Assembly (NCBI GenBank): GCA_016200485.1
Contig: JACQEP010000001.1
Coordinates: forward strand, 9,901-73,900
Source of the DNA: Gammaproteobacteria bacterium
GTDB lineage: Bacteria; Pseudomonadota; Gammaproteobacteria; Tenderiales; Tenderiaceae
Direction of reading: 5' to 3'
DNA length: 64,000 nucleotides
A model generated the notes under the pieces. It was not told where the DNA came from. It saw only the letters and a list, made by a program, of their open reading frames with translations, and did no database searches. A program made the position numbers and the translations under genes. Positions 22,170-32,117 of the stretch are shown piece by piece. Within the stretch, counting starts at the first letter, position 1. The number at the start of each line of letters is the position of its first letter.

Positions 22170-23556
22170 GTTTCTTGGCAGTGTTCTTGCGACCACTACG
22201 ACGCCGGCCACCGCGCCGGGCACGAGGTCCGCCCGATGAACATTCATCAATCATCATCTGACGCCGTGATTCATCCGCAACCTGAAATTCAGTCCACCAA
22301 TCCGCCAGTGATTGTTCCGCCTCACCTGCATCCACGCGCAACAACAGGAAATCATAAGCCGCGCGAAAACGTGGATGTTCCAGTAAACGATAGGCGCGGC
22401 GCCCGCTACGATTGATCAGGCGTGGCTGTAACTGCCAGATCTCTACCATTGGCGTGCTAAAGCGGCGCGGTAGCGCAGTCGCAGCCAGTTGTTGTTCGAT
22501 CACAAAATACGCAGCGGAGGTTAAGGCCGGCAATTCATCTTCACCCGATTCCATGCGCCGCTGCATTTCCATGCGCACTGGTTCCCACAATAATGCGGCA
22601 TACAAAAATGCGGGGGTGACTGGTTTGCCTTCCGCGATACGGCTATCGGTATTGGCAAGCGCCCGCAATACTAACGTCAAAGGGAAATTTTGTTCTTCCT
22701 GCGCCAGGCTGACTTCGGTCTGCGGGAAGAGGTGTTCGAACAAGTGATAATGGCGCAACAACTCGAATGTTTGCACCGCACAACCGCCCAGGAAAAGTTT
22801 GAGCACTTCATCGAACAGACGGGCAGAGGGAATATTACTCAGTAAATGTCCCAGCTCATAAATCGCCTTCTCAGAATCGGCGTCGATGCGAAAACCGATT
22901 TTGGCGGCAAACCGCACGGCACGCAACATACGCACCGCGTCTTCACGATAACGCTGCAAGGGGTCCCCGATCATGCGCAATACACCGGCTTCCAAATCAT
23001 TCATGCCACCGGTGTAATCAACGACCGAAAAATTCTCGATGTTGTAATACAGTGCGTTGACAGTGAAATCGCGGCGCCAGGCATCTTCTTCCAGGGTGCC
23101 ATAGACGTTATCGCGCAGAATACGGCCGTCTTCTTCGACTTCCAAACCGCCGTCCTGCGCATCATCAATGCCACGGCCACGAAAGGTGGCGACCTCGATG
23201 ACTTCACGCCCGAACAACACGTGGGCCAGGCGAAAACGCCGTCCGATCAGACGACAATTGCGAAATAGCGCTTGAACTTGTTCTGGATGGGCATTGGTGG
23301 CGATATCAAAATCTTTGGGTTCACGACCAAGCAACATATCGCGCACACTGCCGCCGACCAGATAGCCTTCATAACCGGCATTCCGCAGCCGGTATAAAAC
23401 CTTGAGTGCTGGCTCGCTGATATTGGCGCGCGAAATATTATGCTCCGCACGTGCGATAACGCGCGGATCAGCGCCCGTCCCTGACTGCATCTGCTGCTTC
23501 CCTGAATCCATTTGCCGTCCCAAACCGCGTGCGGCCTGCCGTAACCAATCTAACAT
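22156..23556 (-). CDS. pcnB: Poly(A) polymerase I
   Basis: 466 aa with the nucleotidyltransferase motif GGSVRDMLLG..PKDFDI and a basic C-terminal tail. It is in the classical pcnB-folK arrangement. Confidence 0.9.
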   Translation of the reverse strand: MLDWLRQAARGLGRQMDSGKQQMQSGTGADPRVIARAEHNISRANISEPALKVLYRLRNAGYEGYLVGGSVRDMLLGREPKDFDIATNAHPEQVQALFRNCRLIGRRFRLAHVLFGREVIEVATFRGRGIDDAQDGGLEVEEDGRILRDNVYGTLEEDAWRRDFTVNALYYNIENFSVVDYTGGMNDLEAGVLRMIGDPLQRYREDAVRMLRAVRFAAKIGFRIDADSEKAIYELGHLLSNIPSARLFDEVLKLFLGGCAVQTFELLRHYHLFEHLFPQTEVSLAQEEQNFPLTLVLRALANTDSRIAEGKPVTPAFLYAALLWEPVRMEMQRRMESGEDELPALTSAAYFVIEQQLAATALPRRFSTPMVEIWQLQPRLINRSGRRAYRLLEHPRFRAAYDFLLLRVDAGEAEQSLADWWTEFQVADESRRQMMIDECSSGGPRARRGGRRRSGRKNTAKKHASE

Positions 23557-23915
23557 TGCCGGTCCAAACCTACTACTCCGTTACTCACTCGCTCGTATTA
23601 TATAGGGATTCTCTAAATTTTGTTAATTTTCGTTTATTTTTTATTGACTTACAGGCACATAACCTTCCACCAAGGGGGCCAACACCCGGTGCCATATGGC
23701 AAAAATGAAGACTAAAGGGGACCAAATCACGTGGCAAGCAGTATTCGCGTGGTTGTTACTCGCCGATAGGCGCGGCAACTCTATTTCCTACCTGTTTCGG
23801 GTGCCAAGTGATTATAATTGCCCCCATTACGATTACGATAACCGTGAATTCCATCGCGCCAGGCTTGTTCGGCCGTGAGACAGGCGTAAATCAACGACGA
23901 AAGGATGCGAGCACT

Positions 23916-25544
23916 TTGACAGCGAGCTTTGTACGACTTACGGTGATCGTTGCCGCTGTCATTTGGTTTGCGTTACTTGGCTATCGCGATTTGGTCGAGC
24001 CCGACGAGGGCAGGTATGCCGAAATCCCGCGCGAAATGGTGGCCTCCGGCGATTGGGTCACCCCACGGCTGAACGGGTTCAAATACTTCGAAAAACCGGC
24101 GCTTCAGTACTGGGGCACTGCGATCGGCTTCGAGCTTTTCGGTTTCAGCAATGCAACCGCACGGTTGTGGCCTGCGGTACTCGGCTTCCTCGGCGCGTTG
24201 TGGGCAGGTTATGTTGGCCGACGCCTCTATGGCAAAACGGCTGGCTTCTACGCGGCATTAATCACCCTCAGTAGTTTGCTGTATGTCGGGATGGGACATC
24301 ACCTGACACTTGACATGAGCGTATCGGTATTCCTGGCGCTCGGCATTGGTAGTTTGGCGCTGGCCCAGCACCATCGAGAAGATCCAGCCCATGTGCGCCG
24401 GTGGATGTTGGTAGGCTGGGCAGGACTGGCACTGGCGACCCTGAGCAAGGGACTGATCGGACTGGTACTACCGGCGGCGGCCATTGTTATCTATAGCCTA
24501 TGGCAACGCGATTGGGCGCTCTGGAAACATCTCCACCTGGGCAAGGGCCTTTTGTTGTTTCTGGCAATCACTGCGCCCTGGTTTATCGCCGTCAGCCTGG
24601 CGAATCCCGAGTTCGCTCACTTTTTTTTCATCCATGAACACTTCGAACGCTACACCACTACGGTTCACCACCGGGATGAGCCGGTCTGGTACTTCATCCC
24701 CATTTTCATCGGTGGCACCCTGCCCTGGCTTGCGATCGTTTTGAAGAGTGTATTCCGGCCCCAGTTCGCCTGGTGGCCGCAACCCAACACCGGTTTCGAC
24801 ACCGAACGTTGGTTGTGGGTCTTTGCCATCGTCACTTTCGCGTTCTTCTCGGTGGGCCATTCCAAGTTACCTTCCTATATACTGCCCATGGTGCCGGTGA
24901 TCGCGATCTTGGCCGGGAGGCGGTTAGCGTTGGAAGGCATTAGCAAAATCGATGCTGGACTGATACTGGCCCTTGCTGTCCTGCTCTTGGTACTTGCTGC
25001 CCGGATCACGCAGTTCGCCGATACGCCAGCCTTGGTGCAGATGCATTTGAATTATCGCCCCTGGCTGTTCGCAGCGGCGGCTACGCTGGGGATTACTGCA
25101 ATCTTCGCTTTCGGCGCCAAACTGCAGCCGAAGCGAATTGCGCTGGTGGCGGTGTTGGCATTGTTGTCATTTCAGATGATCTTTTGGGGCTTTCAGTCGC
25201 TGGCAGGGATTCGTTCAAGTCGCGCCATGGCCGATGCCATTCAGGCGAATGTAGCGGCAGGGACAACGGTTTACTCGGTTGAAATCTATTATCCGCAATC
25301 GCTGCCCTTTTACTTGCAGCAACCGATCAGGCTTGTCGCATTCAAAGGTGAGCTGGAAATGGGAATAGATCAAGAGCCAGAGCGCTGGATCGCGTCCAGC
25401 GAAGAGTTTGTAAAACAGTGGCAGAAAGAGAATCAGGCAGTGGCGATTATCGATCAAAATATTCTTGATCGATATCGTTCACAAGGGCTTTCGATGCGGG
25501 AAATTTTCCGCGATCCACAACGAATAGTGGTGGTAAAACAATGA
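23916..25544 (+). CDS. arnT: 4-amino-4-deoxy-L-arabinose (Ara4N) lipid A transferase-like glycosyltransferase (ArnT/GT83)
   Basis: EPDEGRYAEIPREMVASGDWVTPRLNGFKYFEKPALQYW is the ArnT-type N-terminal loop, followed by many TM helices. I chose the TTG at 23916 (AAAGGA upstream) because it gives an E. coli-like N-terminal length. The ORF is open to the GTG at 23808. Confidence 0.8.
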   Translation: MTASFVRLTVIVAAVIWFALLGYRDLVEPDEGRYAEIPREMVASGDWVTPRLNGFKYFEKPALQYWGTAIGFELFGFSNATARLWPAVLGFLGALWAGYVGRRLYGKTAGFYAALITLSSLLYVGMGHHLTLDMSVSVFLALGIGSLALAQHHREDPAHVRRWMLVGWAGLALATLSKGLIGLVLPAAAIVIYSLWQRDWALWKHLHLGKGLLLFLAITAPWFIAVSLANPEFAHFFFIHEHFERYTTTVHHRDEPVWYFIPIFIGGTLPWLAIVLKSVFRPQFAWWPQPNTGFDTERWLWVFAIVTFAFFSVGHSKLPSYILPMVPVIAILAGRRLALEGISKIDAGLILALAVLLLVLAARITQFADTPALVQMHLNYRPWLFAAAATLGITAIFAFGAKLQPKRIALVAVLALLSFQMIFWGFQSLAGIRSSRAMADAIQANVAAGTTVYSVEIYYPQSLPFYLQQPIRLVAFKGELEMGIDQEPERWIASSEEFVKQWQKENQAVAIIDQNILDRYRSQGLSMREIFRDPQRIVVVKQ

Positions 25545-25912
25545 CCATGACCGCATTTGCTTTGATCATCGTCGGCGTATTGCTTAACGCCGTGGCGCAG
25601 TTGGCGTTAAAAGCGAGTGTCACCGACATCGGCGCGATCGAGTTGAGTTTGAACAATGCGCTACCGACCACCGCGCGTTTAATGAGCGAGCCTTGGCTGT
25701 GGGTCGGTTTGTTTTGTTACGGCATCAGTGTTGTGGTGTGGATTCTGGCGTTATCCCGAGTGGATGTCAGCATCGCCTATCCGATGCTGTCCATCGGCTA
25801 TGTGGTAAACGCCGTCGCCGCCTGGCAATTGTTTGGTGAAGCTTTGGGACCCGGCCGTCTGATTGGCATTGGGGTCATCATTCTTGGCGTGTTCATTCTT
25901 GCGAGGTCATGA
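25541..25912 (+). CDS. Small 4-TM EamA/SMR-like protein, ArnE/ArnF-type flippase subunit
   Basis: 123 aa with four hydrophobic helices. It has 4-nt overlaps with both arnT and arnB. Confidence 0.7.
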   Translation: MTMTAFALIIVGVLLNAVAQLALKASVTDIGAIELSLNNALPTTARLMSEPWLWVGLFCYGISVVVWILALSRVDVSIAYPMLSIGYVVNAVAAWQLFGEALGPGRLIGIGVIILGVFILARS

Positions 25913-27024
25913 CAGTGTTACCGTTTACGCGCCCCACCATTGAAGCTGATGAAATAAAAGCGGTCACCGACGTATTTCAATCGGGCTGGCTTGCCTCTGG
26001 CCCGAAAGTGCTCGCGCTGGAAAAAGCGCTGGCCGATTATGTTGGTGGCGGCGTGCAAGTACGCCTCTTCAATTCAGGTACCAGCGCGTTAGAGGCGTCA
26101 CTGCTGGCCGTGGATATTGGTCCCGGTGATGAGGTGATCGTACCGGCGATCAGTTTTGTTGCAACCGCCAATGTCGTGGTACGCGTTGGCGCCACACCGG
26201 TGTTTGTCGATGTCGATCTGCGCAGCCGCAATCTGGACGCGGAAAAAGTCGCAGCTGCCATCACCTCCAAAACCCGTGCCGTGATCCCGGTGCACTTCGC
26301 CGGCCTGGCAGTCGACATGGGTCCGCTGTATGCATTAGCCAAACAACACAAGTTAGTCGTGATCGAAGATGCCGCGCATGCCATCGGCACGGATTACCGT
26401 GGCAAAAAAATCGGCGCCATGGGCAATCCAGTTTGTTTCAGTTTTCATCCCAACAAAAACATGACCACCATCGAAGGTGGCGCGCTTGCCAGCGCCGATC
26501 CGGCGTTCATCAAGCGCATCGAACGCATTCGTTTTCATGGCATTGAACGCGATGCCGAAGGTACGATGGATGTGCCTGAATGGGGCGGCAAGATGAACCT
26601 GCCTGATGTCGGCGCCGCGCTGGGTTTAGTACAATTGGCTAAGCTCGACGGTTTCAATGCCCGGCGAAAACAATTGGTGGCGCACTACTTTGAGCGGCTG
26701 CGTGAATCAGACACACTCGTGTTACCCGCGGATGGCGAAGGTCATAGCTGGCATATGTTCTGTGTCTGCATCGACTACACTGCGCTAGGCATTACGCGTA
26801 AACAAGTGCAAACCGAATTGCAACAACAAGGCATCAATACCGGCATTCATTACCCGGCAATGCATTTGTTTTCGCTTTATCGCCGCCTCGGCTATGGCGA
26901 GGGAAATTTCCCGGTAGCAGAACAGATCGACGCCCAGACTTTGACTCTGCCACTGTTCCCGGCGATGAGCGAAAGCGATGTCGACCATGTCTGCGCTGCG
27001 CTGCTGCGAATCATCGGCGGCTAA
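25909..27024 (+). CDS. arnB: UDP-4-amino-4-deoxy-L-arabinose--oxoglutarate aminotransferase (DegT/DnrJ/EryC1 family)
   Basis: 371 aa with the PLP aminotransferase pattern (SGWLASGPKV, NSGTSALE, FSFHPNKNMT) in arn cluster context. Confidence 0.85.
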   Translation: MTVLPFTRPTIEADEIKAVTDVFQSGWLASGPKVLALEKALADYVGGGVQVRLFNSGTSALEASLLAVDIGPGDEVIVPAISFVATANVVVRVGATPVFVDVDLRSRNLDAEKVAAAITSKTRAVIPVHFAGLAVDMGPLYALAKQHKLVVIEDAAHAIGTDYRGKKIGAMGNPVCFSFHPNKNMTTIEGGALASADPAFIKRIERIRFHGIERDAEGTMDVPEWGGKMNLPDVGAALGLVQLAKLDGFNARRKQLVAHYFERLRESDTLVLPADGEGHSWHMFCVCIDYTALGITRKQVQTELQQQGINTGIHYPAMHLFSLYRRLGYGEGNFPVAEQIDAQTLTLPLFPAMSESDVDHVCAALLRIIGG

Positions 27025-27048
27025 CACTCAACCTCTGGTACCCGATTA

Positions 27049-28011
27049 ATGAATTCTCCCGAACTGTCCATCGTCATCCCTATCTATAACGAGCAGGAAG
27101 TGCTGTCGACCTTGTTCGCGCGCCTTTATCCGGCGCTGGATGCGCTAAAGCGCAGTTATGAGATCGTGTTTATTGACGACGGCAGCCGCGATCGCACGCC
27201 AGGCATGCTGCGCGCTCAACACCAGGTGCGACCGGATGTGACAAAGGTGATTTTTCTTCGTGCCAACGCCGGACAGCACGCGGCGATCACGGCCGGTTTC
27301 GAACATGCAGCAGGAAAATACATTATCACCCTCGATGCAGACTTGCAGAATCCACCGGAAGAAACCGCAAAGTTACTCGCCGAACTCGACAAAGGCTACG
27401 ATTACATCGGCACCATTCGCCGCATGCGTCGCGACAGCCGCTGGCGTCACTATGCCTCAAAGGCAATGAATTGGCTGCGCGAGAAAATCACCAGCATACA
27501 CATCTCAGATCAAGGCTGCATGTTCCGCGGCTATCACCGCGATGTGGTACAAGCCGTGCTTGCTTCCAACGAATCGCAAACCTTCATTCCCGCGTTGGCC
27601 TACATGTTTGCGGGCAAGCCGACCGAAATCGTGGTGGAACATGAGGAACGCGCGGCCGGCGAATCCAAATACTCACTGTTCAAGCTGATCCATTTGAATT
27701 TTGATTTGATGACCAGTTTCTCACTGCTACCATTGCAGGTCTTCTCGCTGATTGGCATCGGCATCTCCATCGTCTCCTTCGTGTTCGTGATTTACTTGAC
27801 ACTACGCCGCCTGATCCTCGGACCGGAAGTCGAGGGTGTATTTACCTTGTTCGCCATCGCCTTCTTCTTAATTGGCATTCTGCTGCTCGGTGTTGGCCTG
27901 CTGGGTGAATATGTCGGCCGGATTTATGTGCAAGTGCGGCAACGGCCACGTTTTCTCATCGGTACCATTCTGGAACCACAGCCTCAACCACAATCCGGTC
28001 AAGATTCATGA
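27049..28011 (+). CDS. arnC: Undecaprenyl-phosphate 4-deoxy-4-formamido-L-arabinose transferase (GT2)
   Basis: 320 aa starting LSIVIPIYNEQE, with DDGSRD and LDADLQNPPEE and two C-terminal TM helices. Confidence 0.85.
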   Translation: MNSPELSIVIPIYNEQEVLSTLFARLYPALDALKRSYEIVFIDDGSRDRTPGMLRAQHQVRPDVTKVIFLRANAGQHAAITAGFEHAAGKYIITLDADLQNPPEETAKLLAELDKGYDYIGTIRRMRRDSRWRHYASKAMNWLREKITSIHISDQGCMFRGYHRDVVQAVLASNESQTFIPALAYMFAGKPTEIVVEHEERAAGESKYSLFKLIHLNFDLMTSFSLLPLQVFSLIGIGISIVSFVFVIYLTLRRLILGPEVEGVFTLFAIAFFLIGILLLGVGLLGEYVGRIYVQVRQRPRFLIGTILEPQPQPQSGQDS

Positions 28012-28940
28012 TCGACCGTGCGCCGCGGGCCGTTGTCTTTGCCTATCACAACGTGGGCGTGCGCGGTTTGGCCGCGCTGCTGGCGCAAGGTGTTGAGGTA
28101 ATGTTGGTCGTGACCCACACCGACAATCCGAACGAAAATATCTGGTTTGATAGCGTCGCCGAACTGGCGCGTCTGAATAACATTCCCATCATCACGCCGG
28201 ACGACCCGAATAGCGCCGCGGTGATCGACCAGGTGCGCGCCTGCCAGCCCGACTGGTTGTTCTCATTTTATTACCGCCACATGCTCGGCACAGTGTTACT
28301 CGACTTGCCGGCCAAAGGGGCATATAACCTGCACGGCTCGTTATTGCCCAAATACCGCGGCCGCGTGCCGGTGAATTGGGCGGTGATCAAAGGTGAACGC
28401 GAGACTGGCGCCAGCCTGCACCGCATGGAAATCAAACCGGATGCCGGCGCGCTGGTGGATCAGGAACCGGTGGCGATCCTCGCCAACGATACCGCCCACG
28501 AGGTATTTCAGAAGGTCACCTGGGCGACGGAAAAGTTATTGTTGCGCTGTCTGCCGGGGTTATTATCCGGAACGATACGGGAAACACCGTTGAATCTGGC
28601 CGCAGGCAGCTACTTCGGCGGTCGTCGCCCCGAAGATGGCGGGGTAGACTGGACAGCCAGTGCATGGGAGATTCACAATCTGATACGGGCGGTGGCACCG
28701 CCCTACCCCGGGGCATTTACCGATATCGGCGGGAACAGACTCCAACTGCTCGGCAGTTATTACCGGGACGAAGCTGCCAGAGAAACGAAAACACGCCTCT
28801 ACTGGCAAGACGGCCGCTGTTGGGCCGATTGTTGTGACGGCAAGCGATTATGTCTGACCACAGTCGCGATTGACGGCCAGCAGCTCGATATTGAAAGTTT
28901 TCGCCGCCACTTTGGCACGGTTGAATTAGCCATTTGTTAA
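28008..28940 (+). CDS. arnA: UDP-Ara4N formyltransferase, equivalent to the ArnA N-terminal domain as a separate gene
   Basis: 310 aa, colinear with the first ~300 residues of E. coli ArnA (VVFAYHNVG..., FSFYYRHML, NLHGSLLPKYRGR.P.NW). Confidence 0.85.
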   Translation: MIDRAPRAVVFAYHNVGVRGLAALLAQGVEVMLVVTHTDNPNENIWFDSVAELARLNNIPIITPDDPNSAAVIDQVRACQPDWLFSFYYRHMLGTVLLDLPAKGAYNLHGSLLPKYRGRVPVNWAVIKGERETGASLHRMEIKPDAGALVDQEPVAILANDTAHEVFQKVTWATEKLLLRCLPGLLSGTIRETPLNLAAGSYFGGRRPEDGGVDWTASAWEIHNLIRAVAPPYPGAFTDIGGNRLQLLGSYYRDEAARETKTRLYWQDGRCWADCCDGKRLCLTTVAIDGQQLDIESFRRHFGTVELAIC

Positions 28941-28968
28941 CCACGCATTTTTAACTGAGACGAAAAAT

Positions 28969-30012
28969 ATGAATGTTTTGATTTTGGGCGTTAACGGTTT
29001 CATTGGTCATCACCTGTCACAACGCATCTTGAAGACGACGAACTGGAATGTCTACGGCATGGACATGCAGTCCAACCGTCTACAAAGTGTGATCGATCAT
29101 GAGCGTTTCAACTTTTTCGAGGGTGACATCACCATCAACCACGAGTGGATCGAATATCATGTCAGAAAGTGTGATGTGGTGTTACCTTTGGTGGCCATCG
29201 CAACGCCTGCCACTTATGTCCAAAATCCGCTGGCAGTGTTCGAGCTCGATTTCGAAGCCAACCTGCCGATCGTCCGCCACTGCGTCAAATACAAAAAGCG
29301 CGTGATTTTTCCGTCGACCTCCGAGGTCTATGGCATGTCCAGCGACGCGCAGTTTCACCCCTACGAATCAAATCTGGTACTGGGACCGCTGACTAAACCA
29401 CGCTGGATTTATTCCTGCGCCAAGCAATTAATGGATCGCGTCATCGCCGCCTACGGTCAACAACAAGGTCTGGATTACACGCTGTTTCGACCCTTCAATT
29501 GGATCGGTTCCGGCCTCGACAGTCTGCACACACCGAAGGAAGGCAGCTCGCGCGTAGTGACGCAATTTCTCGGCCATATTGCGCGCGGTGAAACAATCAA
29601 ACTGGTGGATGGCGGCCGCCAGCGCCGCAGCTTTACCAACATCAGTGATGGCATTTCAGCGCTGATGAAAATTATTGAGAATAAAGACGGCTGCGCATCA
29701 GGTAAGATTTACAACATCGGTAACCCAAGCAACGATCTCTCAGTGCGTGAACTGGCAGAATTGATGCTGGAGATCGCGCGCGACCTTCCCGAATACACGG
29801 CGGGCGCCAAAAAAGTGAAGCTGGTGGAAACCTCTTCCGAGCAATATTACGGCAAAGGCTATCAAGACATTCAAACTCGCGTGCCATGGATCGAAAACAC
29901 CAAACAGGAACTCGACTGGGCACCGCAGGTCACAGTGCGTGACGCGCTCCAAGGTATTTTCGAAGCTTATCGTCACGAGGTCGCTGACGCCCAAGCCCTG
30001 CTCGACGAGTAA
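28969..30012 (+). CDS. arnA: UDP-glucuronate oxidative decarboxylase, equivalent to the ArnA C-terminal domain as a separate gene
   Basis: 347 aa, colinear with the E. coli ArnA C-terminal half (VLILGVNGFIGHHL, HEWIEYHVRKCDVVLPLVAIATP, PSTSEVYGM, PRWIYSCAKQL). Confidence 0.85.
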   Translation: MNVLILGVNGFIGHHLSQRILKTTNWNVYGMDMQSNRLQSVIDHERFNFFEGDITINHEWIEYHVRKCDVVLPLVAIATPATYVQNPLAVFELDFEANLPIVRHCVKYKKRVIFPSTSEVYGMSSDAQFHPYESNLVLGPLTKPRWIYSCAKQLMDRVIAAYGQQQGLDYTLFRPFNWIGSGLDSLHTPKEGSSRVVTQFLGHIARGETIKLVDGGRQRRSFTNISDGISALMKIIENKDGCASGKIYNIGNPSNDLSVRELAELMLEIARDLPEYTAGAKKVKLVETSSEQYYGKGYQDIQTRVPWIENTKQELDWAPQVTVRDALQGIFEAYRHEVADAQALLDE

Positions 30013-30023
30013 TCCGTTTCAGC

Positions 30024-30923
30024 GTGCAGATCGCACTCAAAGTTGATGTTGATACGTATCGCGGGACGCTGGAAGGCGTCCCGGCCTTATTGCGCCTGTT
30101 TGAACGGCATCAAGTCAAAGCCACTTTTCTATTCAGTCTCGGGCCTGATCATACCGGCCGCGCATTGCGTCGCGTTTTCCGGCCCGGCTTTTTAGCAAAG
30201 GTTAAACGGACTTCCGTCACCAGTCATTACGGCTTGAAAACACTGATGTACGGTACGCTGCTGCCGGGACCACATATCGGCCGTCGCTGCGGCCACATCA
30301 TGCGCGCCGTCGCACAGGCGGGGCATGAAGTCGGCATCCATTGCTATGATCACATTCGCTGGCAAGACTTTGTCGCCAAAAAAGATGCGCTGTGGACGCA
30401 ACGTGAAATGCAACGCGCAATGGATGTCTTCGAACAAGTCTTCGGCCGGCGCGCCGACGTGATCGGCGCTGCGGGCTGGCAGATCAATCCTCACGCCTTA
30501 ATACTGGAACAACAATTTGGCTTTCGTTATGCCAGCGATGTGCGCGGCAGTGCCGCATTTTTTCCAGTCATGAATCAACAACGTTCTAACTGCCCACAAA
30601 TCCCAACTACGCTTCCCACGCTGGATGAACTGCTGGGACTGGACCACATCGACGAAACCAACGTCCACCAACGCGTGTTCGACGCCAGCCGTACCCCCCT
30701 ACCCAACGGCCATGTCTATACCCTACACGCCGAACTTGAGGGCATGAAATTACTACCGGTGATGGAGCGGCTGCTGCAGCAATGGCAGGCTGCGGGCGAT
30801 AACATCGGCACACTGCGCGATACCTATGCGAGCTTGAATCTCGCTTCACTGCCGCAACGGCAGGTAATCTGGGCCGAGCTGCCGGGAAGATCCGGATTGC
30901 TGGCGGTTGAGGGTATTAGTTAG
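30024..30923 (+). CDS. arnD: 4-deoxy-4-formamido-L-arabinose-phosphoundecaprenol deformylase
   Basis: 299 aa with a GTG start, colinear with ArnD (LKVDVDTYRGTLEGVP..., GIHCYDH, YTLHAELEG). Confidence 0.85.
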   Translation: MQIALKVDVDTYRGTLEGVPALLRLFERHQVKATFLFSLGPDHTGRALRRVFRPGFLAKVKRTSVTSHYGLKTLMYGTLLPGPHIGRRCGHIMRAVAQAGHEVGIHCYDHIRWQDFVAKKDALWTQREMQRAMDVFEQVFGRRADVIGAAGWQINPHALILEQQFGFRYASDVRGSAAFFPVMNQQRSNCPQIPTTLPTLDELLGLDHIDETNVHQRVFDASRTPLPNGHVYTLHAELEGMKLLPVMERLLQQWQAAGDNIGTLRDTYASLNLASLPQRQVIWAELPGRSGLLAVEGIS

Positions 30924-31119
30924 TCAAAACCAGTTTATAGACGATTCACAACAGATTTCGTTCAGCGAAATACATTCTAATTTTTAGGCCACTGCGCCAC
31001 GACACAAGAGTTTTATAGATCGAGGAACCTTGTTATATAAAACATGGTCACATCTCCAGTTGCGCCATTTCGGTTCGTCAGTTTAACAATTAGTTTCAAA
31101 TAATAGTCTGGAGCATCCC

Positions 31120-31686
31120 ATGTCAAATGACCACTTTCATGTCCACAGCGCTCATGAACACGAAGTTGAACACCAAGCACACAAAGGTGTTGGATTGGCT
31201 CAATACGTTGCCATTTTCACCGCGATACTCTCTGTCTGCGGTGCGGTGATCAGCTACCAGGGTAGTGCAACTCAAACAGAGGCAATGCTGCTAAAAAACA
31301 ACGCCGTGCTGAAGAAGGCGGAGGCAACGGACCAATGGTCTTTTTATCAGGCCAAGAGCAACAAAGGCCACCTGATGGAACTCGCCATGGAGATTGACCC
31401 GAGCAAGGCTGATCAATATCACTCCAAACTGGAGAAATACGAAAAGGAAAAATCCGAGATCAAGACCAAGGCTGAAGCCATTGATCTTGAAGCCCAAAAG
31501 GCTAATCAACAGAGCGAATTACTCATGGAGCCACATCATCGCCTGGCCGAGGCCATGACCTTTACCCAAATCGCCATCGCTCTCGCATCGATCACTATTC
31601 TGACACGCAAGCGATGGTTGTTTGTCATCGCCGGCACATCGGCGACTATAGGACTAATGCTCTGGGGGCTCGCGCTCACGGCATAG
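31120..31686 (+). CDS. DUF4337-like membrane protein
   Basis: 188 aa with a His-rich N-terminus, one TM helix, the motif ATDQWSFYQAKSNKG, a coiled region and a C-terminal TM pair. Family assignment is from memory of the pattern only. Confidence 0.55.
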   Translation: MSNDHFHVHSAHEHEVEHQAHKGVGLAQYVAIFTAILSVCGAVISYQGSATQTEAMLLKNNAVLKKAEATDQWSFYQAKSNKGHLMELAMEIDPSKADQYHSKLEKYEKEKSEIKTKAEAIDLEAQKANQQSELLMEPHHRLAEAMTFTQIAIALASITILTRKRWLFVIAGTSATIGLMLWGLALTA

Positions 31687-31834
31687 GTCGACTGGCCATA
31701 GCCGCCAGCTTATGCACTTACATTCTTTTACATTCATCCACAATCGTGTGATTCGCGGCGAGAGGTAATTCGTATACAGTTAGTTCATCGGGATACCCCC
31801 CGATTAATTTTAACCTAGCACCAGGAGATAATTT

Positions 31835-32065
31835 ATGAAGAAGATTATTGCAATTGCCTCGGCCGCAGCTCTGTTGTCCGCTTTCGCCATGCCCAGTATG
31901 GCCGCAAAGAAATCTCCAGAGGAAGCTTGTAAAGTCCATGCGGAAAAGGACAAGATCTCTGCTGACAAAATGGATGCCTACCTAAAAACCTGCGTTGAAA
32001 AACATAACAGACATCACGGCCACACCGCGAAACCAGCAGATACCGCTGCTTCCACTGCCAAATAA
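31835..32065 (+). CDS. Small secreted protein with one PsiF-like repeat
   Basis: 76 aa with signal peptide MKKIIAIASAAALLSAFAMPSMA. The two Cys (CKVHAEKDKISADKMDAYLKTC) have the same C-to-C spacing as an E. coli PsiF repeat. The tail is His/Ala/Thr-rich. A strong terminator follows. Confidence 0.5.
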   Translation: MKKIIAIASAAALLSAFAMPSMAAKKSPEEACKVHAEKDKISADKMDAYLKTCVEKHNRHHGHTAKPADTAASTAK

Positions 32066-32084
32066 ACTTCACAAGCTTTTCCGC

Positions 32085-32117
32085 ATAAACAGCCTCGCCT
32101 CTGGCGAGGCTGTTTAT
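32085..32117. terminator. Bidirectional intrinsic terminator
   Basis: ATAAACAGCCTCGCC (32085-32099), loop TCT, GGCGAGGCTGTTTAT (32103-32117). This is a 15-bp perfect stem with A/T runs on both sides, between convergent genes. Confidence 0.8.

Noticed and set aside
23621-23637. PhoP/PmrA-type direct repeat (TGTTAA-TTTTC-GTTTAT) upstream of the arn cluster
   Set aside because: The half-sites and spacing do not cleanly fit either consensus as I remember them. There is no convincing -10 element downstream, and the region is generally AT-rich, so chance matches are likely. The evidence is too weak to annotate.
23696-23878. 60-aa ORF upstream of arnT as a leader peptide or small regulator
   Set aside because: There is no adjacent Shine-Dalgarno, no recognisable family, and it overlaps the alternative arnT start region. 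It cannot be supported from sequence alone.
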